A stretch of DNA of 45,958 nucleotides. Source: Chiloscyllium plagiosum (Eukaryota). Under the pieces are notes generated by a model that saw nothing but the letters and a program-made list of their open reading frames with translations, was not told where the DNA came from and did not search any database. Where the stretch lies: the NCBI RefSeq assembly GCF_004010195.1, contig NC_057720.1:21682344-21728301 (forward strand), written 5' to 3'. Of the stretch, positions 36,030 to 45,958 are shown in pieces; the stretch's first letter is position 1; every line of letters begins with the position of its first letter. A program made the translations under genes and the position numbers.

Positions 36030-36800
36030 ACAGTTTTCATCTTTATCTCCAACTGTCTCCTCCTGAAGCAGTCTGTTGATATAATTGTTATTGTGTTTGA
36101 GTCTGATGCAAGTGTTAAAACACATAGTCACATAATCACCAAGAGCACTTTGTAACCCTGTCCAATCATGCCTATGTCTCAACCCATTTGCTGATGAAAT
36201 CTTCATTTATGCTTTTACTACCTTGAGACTTGACTATTCCAATGTGCTCTTGGCTAATCTCCCAAATTCAACTCTCTGTAAACTTGAAGTCAGTGCATCA
36301 TTACTAACTTGCTTTCTGAACTCTCCTCCCTCTGCTTATTAAACAACATTCCTTCTTTAGCATTCCCAGTTTTACTCACTTTGGCAATAGTAATTGTGTC
36401 TTCACTGTCACTGGGTCAAAATCCTGGAAATCCATTCACAACAGCATTGTCGGTGTACCTTTGCCAAATGACTGACATTTCAAAAAGGCAGCTTCTTGAG
36501 GGCAATTAAGGATGCACAATTAAGGATGGGCAATAAAAGCCCACATTTCCGGAAATGAATAACAAAAGAAGCAACCTAAGATCCTGAGATCAAAACCCCC
36601 CGAACCCTCTGGAATTCTTTCCCTAGACCATTCCCTTTCTCCTCCTTTAAGACACTCTTTAAAGTCTATCTTTGTCAGCAAACATTTGGTCCTCTGCCAT
36701 ATTCGTGGCTTGGCATCCAATTATAGTTTTAATAATTGTCCTGTGAAGTGCCTTGGATATTTAAATTAACTAAAAGTGCTATAAAAATGAAAGTTGTTAT
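36030..36800 (+). mobile_element. L2 LINE 3' fragment, interrupted by a family-2 tail at about 36395-36560
   Basis: EIFIYAFTTLRLDYSNVLLANLP..LCKLE resembles the L2 HAF.TSRLDY.N.LL motif; tail TGTGAAGTGCCTTGG...AAAGTGCTATAAAAATGAAAGTTG. Confidence 0.75.
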
Positions 36801-37974
36801 AATTACTATTTTTCTCTTCTTTCCATGAATTTACGCAGTCTGAGCTCCACTTGAGATACTGTGACGGAGTTGGAAGGCAAATCATCCAACTTCCAATTAT
36901 TTCCTGATTGAATCTACTGGTATGCATAAATGAAAATCAATATCAGCATTGTCCAAAAAAGCATCTTCTGCATGGTGACAAGTTGGTGTTAAATGCCATA
37001 ATTAGGCAGAAAATCATCTGTAAGTGACTGATTTCTTTTTGACGTGAATATTCTGATGCATTGGAATCATCGTTTCAAATGCTGATCAATCAGCAAATTG
37101 CACACTTTCCTAGACAGGTTTAAAAATATCCAAGAATTCATGAAGCAGCCAGAAAATCTCCATCAATACAGAAACCCATGCAGGAAGCTCCAAAGAAAAC
37201 ACCATAGAAAGAACACCCCTGGGCTGCCAGGAAGTGAGTTTAAATGTCCAATGTGATTGCCATGAATGGGTGATGGAGGAATATTATTCAATAGGTGAGT
37301 AGATGAATGAGTGAATGGGTAGGATGGGTAGATGGGTGAGGTAAATGGGTGAAGTGGCAGCTGGTTAGGTTGGAAAGTGGGTAGGTGGCAGATTGGTAAG
37401 GTGGCCAGTGATAGGGTGCCTGATGGGCAGGGTAATAAGGTGACAAGTAGCTAGGGTGACAGGTGTGTGGGTTGGCAGGTGGATAAGATGGCAGATAGGT
37501 AAGGTAGCAGACCAAAAGGGAAACAAAACAGTAATACTGGGAACTATGTTGTAAGTATGGATCTTCTTTTTGAAGTATACAAGACAAATCAATCACTGCA
37601 CTGTTTTTACTGGTAAGATGACAGGTAGGTAAGTGGATTGATAGGGTAGTTGGGTTTGAAGGGGTTCTCATGATGTGGACTATTCAGTTCATGGGGGCGC
37701 GAATCAGATCAGGTCAGGATGGGGGCATGGTTGGGTGATGGGGACTAGTCAGATCACTTTCAGTGGGGTATAGTTCGTTAGATACTGGGTATAGTCAGGT
37801 TGCTAGGTATTGTCAGGTCAGGTTGGAATGGAAGGATAATCAGATGGTGGAAGCTAGTTACATCTGGTTGCAAAGGTCATGTTGGATCTGGAGTCTGGTC
37901 AAGGATGTCATTGTAGATAATCGAAAAGTGAGGGTGGAAGTTAGGTGTCAGCATGAGGGATTGAGGTGGTGGAC

Positions 37975-38852
37975 ATACAGCAAAGAACAAAACAACACAG
38001 GAACAGGCCATTTGGCCCTGCACCGACATATTTTGACCTGCCATATTAAAACTGTCTTCACTTACAGGATCCGTACCCCACTATTCCCTTCCTATTCATG
38101 TATTCATCCAGGTGCTTCTTGGATGCTGCTCTTGTGTCTGCTTCCACCACTTCCTCTGGCAGCGTGTTCCAGGCACCCACCATCCTTTGTGTGAAAAACT
38201 TGCTCCGCACATCACTTTGAAACTTGTCTCCCCCACACCTCGAACCTGTGTCCCCTAGCAATTGACCCTTCCACCCAGGAAAACAAATCTCCTAGTTTCC
38301 ACTCAATCCATTAGAAGAAAGTGAGGACTGCAGATGCTGGAGATCAGAGCTGAAAAATGTGTTGCTGGAAAAGCGCAGCAGGTCAGACAGCATCTAAGGA
38401 GCAGGAGAATCGACGTTTCAGGCATAAGCCCTTCTTCAGGAATTATCAAAGCTGAAAAATGTGTTGCTGGAAAAGTGCAGCAGGTCAGGCAGCATCTAAG
38501 GAGCAGGAGAATCGACGTTTCAGGCATAAGCCCTTCTTCAGGACTGAAGAAGGGCTTATGCCCGAAATGTCAATTCTCCTGCCCCTTGGATGCTGCCTGA
38601 CCTGCTGCACTTTTCCAGCAACACATTTTTTAGCTCCACTCAATCCATGCCATTCTTATAAACTTATGATCTTATAAACTTCTAATTGTTACCCCTTAAC
38701 CTCCTGTATACCAGTGCAAACAAACCCAGCCTATCAAACCTTTCATCATAGCTAAAATCCCCCATACCAGGCAACATCCTTGTAAACGTTTTCTGTACCA
38801 TTTTCAAAGCTTCCACATCTTTCTGGTTGTGTGGTGACCAGAACTGTACGCA
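37975..38852 (-). mobile_element. CR1/HER1 LINE 3' fragment, split by a PLE cassette
   Basis: DVRSKFFTQRMVGAWNTLP..KKHLDEYMNRKG. Confidence 0.85.
38312..38634. mobile_element. Non-coding PLE family A cassette: two tandem repeats (minus) plus one inverted repeat (plus), each with a hammerhead core
   Basis: Cores at 38408-38443(-), 38510-38542(-) and 38544-38575(+); 14-bp TSD TCCACTCAATCCAT at 38298-38311 and 38635-38648. Confidence 0.9.
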
Positions 38853-39066
38853 ATTGATAGAAGATTAAATGTGACTTTTCTGTTTGCCATTTCCTAGTTA
38901 ACTCTTTATGGAGGTGCGTTGGAACTGGCCAAAAGTCTCCTACTCTACTTTAAAGTTAAAGACATTTTCAGAGCATCCTCGGGAGCAGGGGAATTGCTGG
39001 TCGAAAGTTCAAACTTCCAAGGCAATTCTCCAGAAAATCCACGGAGTCCTGACCTGTACATCTGAT

Positions 39067-39407
39067 AGGTAAAAACAATGACTGCAGATGCTGGAAACCA
39101 GATTCTGGATTAGAGAGGTGCTGGAAAGGCACAGCAGTTCAGGCAGCATCCGAAGAGCAGGAAAATCGACATTTCGGGCAAAAGCCCTTTATCAGGAATA
39201 CTTGAGAGAGGAGGAAAACTTCTTCAAGGCAGGCATCCTTGCCAGAGGATTCGCAATAGGGTTAAAATCAACTAGGTAAAAATAATGACTGCAGATGCTG
39301 GAAACCAGATTCTGGATTAGAATGGTGCTGGAAAAGCACAGCAGTTCAGGCAACATCCAAGGAGCAGGAAAATCGATGTTTTGGGCAAAAGCCCTTCATC
39401 AGGAATG
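39067..39407 (-). mobile_element. PLE family A partial tandem terminal repeats (207-bp period)
   Basis: AGGTAAAAA(C/T)AATGACTGCAG at 39067 and 39274; both hammerhead cores are mutated. Confidence 0.85.
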
Positions 39408-39833
39408 ATGCAGGCACATCATTTTGCTGTTTTGTTTTTCGTACTACTTATGAGGATAATTCCTATTTCTGATCTTTAAAATATATTGCAAGGAAAGGTT
39501 TTGTAAATTATTGAAGTTACTGACTGGGATAAGTAGGTTCTAATTTTCCTGAAGCTTCCCATTCTGCCTTAAGAACTTCCAGCTTATACATTTTTGCTAT
39601 AACTATAGCTTTTAAAACACCTCTTCATACAGTAAAAGTGTACATTTATTGTGTAAAACAATAATTTTAACTTCTTATCTAGCTCATTAACTGCACACAG
39701 CGATTGTCTTAAAGTTTCTCATCCACTCAACACAGCCAATACCATTTGCTATCTTTCCAGTGTGGGGTATAAAATGGAAACAATGCAGAATGAGTTCTTT
39801 ATTAGTGAAAGCATGTATATTCTTAACCAATGG

Positions 39834-40024
39834 ATTATTGGCATTCATTTTTTTCTTTGCAAATACTTTTGATTGCCCTCTACCAATAAAAGCCAGTACG
39901 CCATATGCCTTCCTCACCGCACTATTTACCTGGGTGGCAACTTTCAGAGATCTGTGTACAAACTTTCAGAGATCTGTGTACATTATTGGCATTCATTTTT
40001 TTCTTTGCAAATACTTTTGATTGC
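39834..40024. repeat. Perfect 43-bp direct repeat flanking an internal CR1 fragment
   Basis: 39834-39876 equals 39982-40024; the insert reads VHRSLKVATQVNSAVRKAYGVLAFIGRG on the minus strand; 22-nt tandem at 39939-39982. Confidence 0.9.
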
Positions 40025-40491
40025 TCATCCAAGCAAATTGTTTTTATGTTTAAGTTGAAAGTTCATCTTTTTTTCAATTCTGCTTGCCAGAACTTGGGTT
40101 GGTTTTCTATTTTCAGCCAGTTGATCAAACCATTAGCAGGAATACATTTAAGGGCATAAACAACTATTATATGAGAAAAGGCCATTTAGTTTGTCAAGAG
40201 ATTTTATTCCACAAGTCATTAAGTCTGTCCCACCATGGAACCTGACCAACATTTTAAATTTCTGAGAAAGGATTCAGCAAATAATCTCCATTTAACTCTC
40301 TACTTGCTCCATGTTTGTTTTTACAATCTCCTAACTGCACTATATTTACCATTATAACCTCTGAACTGTTCCAATTTATTCCTATACCCTCCTATTTGTT
40401 TATTACAGACTTTATAACAGACTTAGAATACATTTTTTTCTGAATAAATCTTTGCTTATTGTTACTTTAGACTACTTACATAGCATTTCAT

Positions 40492-40680
40492 AGTCAGAAG
40501 TCACACGACACCAGCTTACGGTCCATCAGGTTTATTTGAAATCAGAAGTTTTCAGAGCATTGCTCCTTCATCAGGTGAAGATTTCAAATGATCGTGATTT
40601 CAAATAAACCTGCTAGAATATAACATGGTGTTGTGTTACTTCTGACTTTGTCCATCCCAGTCCAACCAGCACCTCCACAT
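40492..40680. mobile_element. PLE-type family C inverted terminal-repeat cassette with a hammerhead motif (40542-40577, minus)
   Basis: Inverted arms; CAC-CUGAUGA-AGGAGCAAUGCUCU-GAAA; 13-bp TSD CATAG(C/T)ATTTCAT at 40479-40491 and 40681-40693. Confidence 0.75.
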
Positions 40681-40936
40681 CATAGTATTTCATGGAATCA
40701 AGTAATTTGACCCAGGTTTGTATTGGTATTTATTTTCCATTTGAACCTCCTACCACTAAATATCATCCAACCTTTCAATATAGCCTTCTATTCCTTCCCC
40801 CCTTATACTTTTGTAGCACCATTATATGCAATTTGGTCCAAACTTTAATACAATCATCCAATGCCAAATGAATCCATTTGATTCTCTTAGTCAAATACTT
40901 CCATAACTCAACAGTCATCCTGTAAGTCAATAATAA

Positions 40937-40989
40937 CTCAATGTTACTATCCTCTCAATGTTATTAACCTCTCAATGTTACTATCCTCT
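40937..40989 (+). repeat. Minisatellite, 17-bp unit x3
   Basis: CTCAATGTTACTATCCT / CTCAATGTTATTAACCT / CTCAATGTTACTATCCT. Confidence 0.85.
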
Positions 40990-41311
40990 ATGCCTTACTT
41001 CTTTATAAAGCCCATTCTCTTTCTCCCTCTGTCCTCACTTGTAAAGTGCTGATGAATTTATTTATAATTTTGAGACCATTTGTTTCCCTGTGACATCCTC
41101 TACTAAATTCTCCCATCTTCAACCTGCTTCACCATCATTTCAGAGAGAACATGTCAGTGCATTGGCACTTTCATGTGGATACGAAGGTAGAAAACTGGTC
41201 TGTGTTTCAGTTGTCAGTGTGCTGATACCAGAAGTTGCAATCTCCAGTGTGCAGCCAATGTGTCTATAGTGGGTATTCCCATAGTGCTGTGAGCACATGC
41301 TAAATATATAG

Positions 41312-41780
41312 TGAGTTTTGAAAAGATTTGTAGCTCAGATTCAGGTTTTGGATGTAGGTTTGCTCGCTGAGCTGGAAGGGTCATTTTCAGATGTTTCATC
41401 ACCATACTGGGTAACGTATTCACTGAGCCGCCAGATGGAGCACTGCTGGTATTTCCTGCTTTCTATATATGTTTGGGTTTCCTCGGGTTAGTGATGTCAT
41501 TTCCTGTGGTGACATCATTTTCTGTGGTGATGTCAGTTCCTGTTCTTTTTCTTAGGGGGTGGTAAATGGGATCCAAGTCAATGTGTTTGTTGATAGAGTT
41601 CTGGTTGGAATGCTATGCTTCTAGGAATTCTCATGCATGTCTCTGTTTGGCTTGTCCTAGGATGGCTGTGTTGACCCAATCGAAGTGGTATCCTTCCTTA
41701 TCTGCATGTAAGGATACTAGTGAGAGTGGGCCATGTCGTTTTGTGGCTAGCTGATGTTCAATGTATCTTGGTGGCTAGTT
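41312..41780 (-). mobile_element. Penelope/Poseidon-type PLE 3' fragment
   Basis: Homologous to 27260-27450 (ATKRH..LS..S.H..; EFLEA; SINKHIDLDPIY) plus terminal repeat. Confidence 0.85.
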
Positions 41781-43404
41781 TTTTAAAATAACTTATTATT
41801 TAATTGAGTGAATTAGAGGTCATCGACAGACCAACACTGGCATTTGAGCTGATGCAGTGATCTTGAGAGTTTTCTGGAATTTAATTTAATAGATGATTGA
41901 AAGTAAAACAATATGGAATGGCAGAACACTAGACTTCAAGATTTTCAAGGCAAACTTTAAGAGGGCATCAAAAAATTTCTTATCAAAAGGAATTAATGAG
42001 ATGAACAAGTGGAATGGTATGCTAGGGTGATTGAAACTAGGATACCGAATTGGTTTTCAGAAATAGCTGCATTCTCTACTCAGTGGATGGTTTGGCCAAG
42101 TATTAAAGGAAAAAACGACTGAAGAGCGATCCTCACCCAAACCTTCTTTGCAACAAACAAAAAGAAGAGTGCTGGCACAATGCTATGCAAAATTCCTTCC
42201 AATTAAATATTTTTTAAGGCTCTATGGAGTTTTGGTAACAATATAAATTGAGTTCATGATCTCTGCCACAGTTCTAATTAGTCCAAAAGCATCATGCAGT
42301 TGTAATTCTATATTGACAGCATTTGTGTCGTCATGGACATCAAATTTCATTTATATATTGAAATACCCCCTTGACTATGGATTGGGCTGAGGTGAAGGCA
42401 ACAATACTTTGTTATGCAAAACATCTATGGTGGTTAAAAGTTCGCTGTTAATTATTGGCCTATAAAATTCACCTTTAAGGGAAGTCTGACTAGGAAAGAT
42501 ATACAAGTATATGTAAAACGCACTCTTGTAAAATTATAGCAACATTAATAAATTAGTTCTAAACCAAAACAACTATTGACTTAGTTTTGTGACAATGTTC
42601 AATAAGAACACAAGTCTTCCTTGTATGAATACATAAAGAAAATTCTGTATTTGGTTTGATTTCTCTGTAAATTTTCTTTATCCATAATTCACAATAATTC
42701 ATTTTCAAATTTTCAAAATCATTTTAAGTCTACCATAACATTTCTGGCTTGATTAATGTTAGAACATAAAATGTAGCCAAGGTGCAATGGCTTATTCAGT
42801 TGGGAGAGTGGGAGGTGGTATGAGATCTCTGAAGAAGCGATACACCCTGAAGAGCAGAAAATTTGTTGCTGGCTTCAAAATAAATATATTACTACCTCTG
42901 TAAAAACAAAGGAATGTCACCAACAGTAGTTTCCTGAGTGCTGCGAGGTGGAACACTCTGCGAGGGGACAAGACAACTAATAGACTTATGATGGTAATGC
43001 TAGGAGGGAGTTTATTTGCCAGGGCTCATTTTTATAACTTGTCACTGATGTCCACACTGACAAAGCACAAGTAACTGCCTAGCTGACAGAAAGCAGCAGA
43101 GATCCACGTTGTGGGATGCCACCATCAGCAACCCACTGAAACAGTCTCAGGCTGACAAATAAGTGGTTGTAGGCTGAGCACTGGATTGATGGCATCATGG
43201 AAGCAATGCAATCTGGGAAAGCAAGAGGAAGTCTGGGAAATGTGTATGATGAAATATAAATATTTACATTCCTGGCAAACCCTAAACACACGGACAAACA
43301 CACTCACATTACAGAGACATAGTTTAAAAAAAAAGAAAAACAATACTTCCTGACTAATGATAGTTATTCTTGAAGTGAAAAACTAATAGAATTATCCAAT
43401 ATAA

Positions 43405-43545
43405 TAAAACAAAGAAGTGTAAATGTGGAAATCTGAAACAAAAACAGAAATTGCTGGAGGAACTCAGCAGGTCTGGCTGCAAATGTGGACAGAAAGCAGA
43501 GCTAACATTTTAATTCCAATGACCCATCTTCAGAATGTTCTGAGT
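43405..43545 (-). mobile_element. PLE-type terminal repeat family D, degenerate hammerhead
   Basis: AAAAACAGAAATTGCTGGAGGAACTCAGCAGGTCTGGC; the minus strand retains CTGAAGA-TGGGTC but GAAA is lost. Confidence 0.55.
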
Positions 43546-43989
43546 TAGAATATTTTGAGTTCTGTTGATCTAATTTTCTTGCACAATTCATCAAGTTAGC
43601 AATCATGCGTGGTTGTCTTTGGTATCTTGGCAGACACAGCTCAAAATTACTTCCAGTCTCTCTTCCAGAAGAACACTTAGGTTTCACCCAAATCTCAGTG
43701 CAAGGATGTTTCAGAAGTAGGAGATATCAGCTAATGGGCATGTTGTTTAGCAGGTTTTCCTCAAATGAACTTCCGATCATAGACTCAGACACTGTGCGAA
43801 CAGAACAACCATAAAACCCAGTTGTAAAACAGTCACCCTGAAGTGTGCTCAAGCAATTAAGGCCAGCACTTAACCGGAACCTGGAGTTTCCAAGAAATAT
43901 TTAAAAAAAAAGGTCCAGTCTCTTTTCATTGACATTTCAACAATAAATCTGGGCAGGCTCTACAATCCTTTAAATACAAATCCACAAGC

Positions 43990-45390
43990 AAATTAAGAAT
44001 GAATAATTTTTTTTTAACTTAATTAACTGAATGTAGCTGTTGCTGACTAGGCCAGCATTTAACTGGCCTATCTGCGTTGCACTTGAAAAGCATGGTAGTG
44101 AGCAGTTCTTGGTTGGTTTAGGTAAACCTACAATACTGATAGGGAGGGAGTTTCTGGATTGTGTCCCAACGACAATGAATGAGTGGTGATATGTTTTGAA
44201 ATAAGGATGGTGAGTTGCTTGAAGGGAAGTTTTAAGGTGTGTCATTTTGTGTTTCTCTGCTCTCATTCTTCTAGATGATAGTGGTCATGGATTTCAAAAA
44301 TATTGCCTAAGTAGCTTTAAATTTCTGCAGACTTCCTTGTAGATGATAGACACTGTTGCAACTGAGTGTTGGTGGTGGAGTGAATGTGTCTGGATGTGAT
44401 GCCAATTAAATGGGTTGCTTTGTCCTGGATAGTGTCAGGCTTCATGAGTGGTGTTGGAACTGCACTCATCCAGGCAAATGGGGAGTATTCCATACACTCC
44501 TAACTTGTGCTTATAAATGGTGGACGTGCTTTACGGAGTGAGGAGTTGAGATACTCACTGCAAGATTCCTTCTCTCTGACCCGCTTTTGTAGCCACAGTA
44601 TTTATATGGCTAATCTAGTTCAGTATCTGGTTAATGGTAACAATCAGAATGTTAACAGTGATGATACTACTATTGACTGTCAAGAAGAGATGTTTAGATT
44701 CTTTTCTTTTGGATATGTTCAGTTCCAAGCACTTAAATTGTGTGAAAGATACTTGCTATTTGTCAGCCCAAACCTGGATATCCTCCAGATCTTAGATTAG
44801 ATTAGATTACTTCCAGTGTGGAAACAGGCCCTTCGGCCCAACAAGTCCACACCGACCCGCCGAAGCGTAACCCACCCATTCCCCTACATTTACCCCTTTA
44901 CCTAACACTACGGGCAATTTAGCATGGCCAATTCACCTAACCTGCACATCTTTGGACTGTGGGAGGAAACCGGAGCACCCGGAGGAAACCCACGCAGACA
45001 CGGGGAATATGTGCAAACTCCACACAGTCAGTCGCCTGAGGCGGGAATTGAACCCGGGTCTCTGGCGCTGTGAGGCAGCAGTGCTAACCACTGTGCCACC
45101 GTGCCGCCCATATGCCACCGTGCCGCCCAATGTCCAATCTTCATTTGGACATTGATTGCTTCATTATTTGAGGAATTGAAAATGGTGCTGAACATTGTGC
45201 AATCATTAGTAAACATCCCAACTTTTGACCTTATGATTAAATCAAGGTTGTTGATAAAGCAAATGAAGATGCTTGGCCGAGGACACTACCCTGAGGAATG
45301 CCTGGAGAGATGTCCTGGAACTGAGATGACAGATCTCCAACAAACACACCATCTTTCTTTGTGCTAGGGATGACTAAAACCAGTGGAAAC
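43990..45390 (-). mobile_element. Family-2 LINE RT and 3' UTR, degenerate, interrupted by a SINE
   Basis: MFTNDCTMFSTI; reverse complement of 19570-20560. Confidence 0.8.
44791..45109 (-). mobile_element. HE1-type SINE, full length, young
   Basis: Near-identical to 30883-31197. Confidence 0.95.
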
Positions 45391-45474
45391 TTTTCCTTTA
45401 TTTAGAGTAATCGAGTCATAGAGATGTACAGTATGGAAACAGACCCTTTGGTCCAACTCATACATTAATTTTTA

Positions 45475-45560
45475 GTTTAGAGTGGTGCTGGAAAAGCACA
45501 GCAGGTCAGGCAGCATCCGAGGAGCAGGAAAATCAACATTTCAGGCAAATGCCCTTCATC
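45475..45560 (-). mobile_element. PLE family A terminal-repeat fragment, truncated within the hammerhead core
   Basis: GGTGCTGGAAAAGCACAGCAGGTCAGGCAGCATCCGAGG...GCCCTTCATC. Confidence 0.8.
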
Positions 45561-45584
45561 ATCCAAACACTCTATACAATCTAG

Positions 45585-45958
45585 AGCGGATCCAAACACT
45601 CTATACAATCAACACAGGAATTCTTGGACATCATTAGAAATATACACATAGACAAAGAAGAAACCATGATATCATTCGACGTGACGGCACTGTTCACTTC
45701 GATTGACAAAACCCTAGCCAGAGAAACAATAGCCAACCTACTGGACATACAGAACAGAAAACAGGACGCTGAACCTACCAACAAAGACGGCATACTTAAA
45801 CTACTGGACTTGTGCCTCACAACACACTTCACATTCAACAACCAGATATACCAACAAATCAACGGAACACCCATGGGATCACCAATCTCGGGACTCATAG
45901 CAAGGGAATTATGCAAAGGTTAGAACAAACAGTCCTACCACAAATGCAACCCAAACTC
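45585..45958 (+). mobile_element. Penelope/Poseidon-type PLE reverse transcriptase, 5'-truncated, runs off the window
   Basis: ETMISFDVTALFTSI...LLDLCLTTHFTFNNQIYQQINGTPMGSPISGLIA (PLE RT motifs). Confidence 0.92.

Noticed and set aside
37290..37960. G/purine-rich low-complexity tract with ORFs
   Set aside because: The ORFs are compositional artefacts; likely the interior of an old non-autonomous element, termini not resolvable.
38312..40989. Short repeat clusters as a CRISPR array
   Set aside because: Eukaryotic context, no regular repeat-spacer pattern and no cas genes; explained by PLE repeats and local duplications.
43170..43260. AEHWIDGIMEAMQSGK...VYDEI*, resembling a PH-domain terminal helix
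   Set aside because: Preceded by in-frame stops, short, and no identifiable gene.

Overview
This is eukaryotic, repeat-dense, essentially non-genic DNA. The repeat content (HE1-type tRNA SINEs with (AATCT)n tails, CR1/HER1 LINEs, several Penelope-like element families) points to a cartilaginous fish, most likely a shark; this is inference. I found no intact host gene. There are two gene-derived relics. The first is an intronless IFT57 mRNA fragment (31198-31634, +) fused head-to-head to a young full-length SINE, with one 6-bp duplication around the pair, which suggests a single two-RNA insertion event. The second is an unprocessed, disabled first coding exon of a TMEM106B-like gene (8165-8386, -), which the ORF track misses. 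Penelope-like elements (PLEs) carry more than 15 minimal hammerhead ribozyme motifs from about four terminal-repeat families. These include a compact non-coding tandem-plus-inverted cassette with a 14-bp TSD (38312-38634). Also present are Harbinger Myb/SANT and transposase relics, a Tc1-type MITE, a solo LTR, L2 and a second CR1-group LINE family. Family names and protein identities come from recognition by eye, not database searches. Repeat boundaries are approximate unless a TSD is given.
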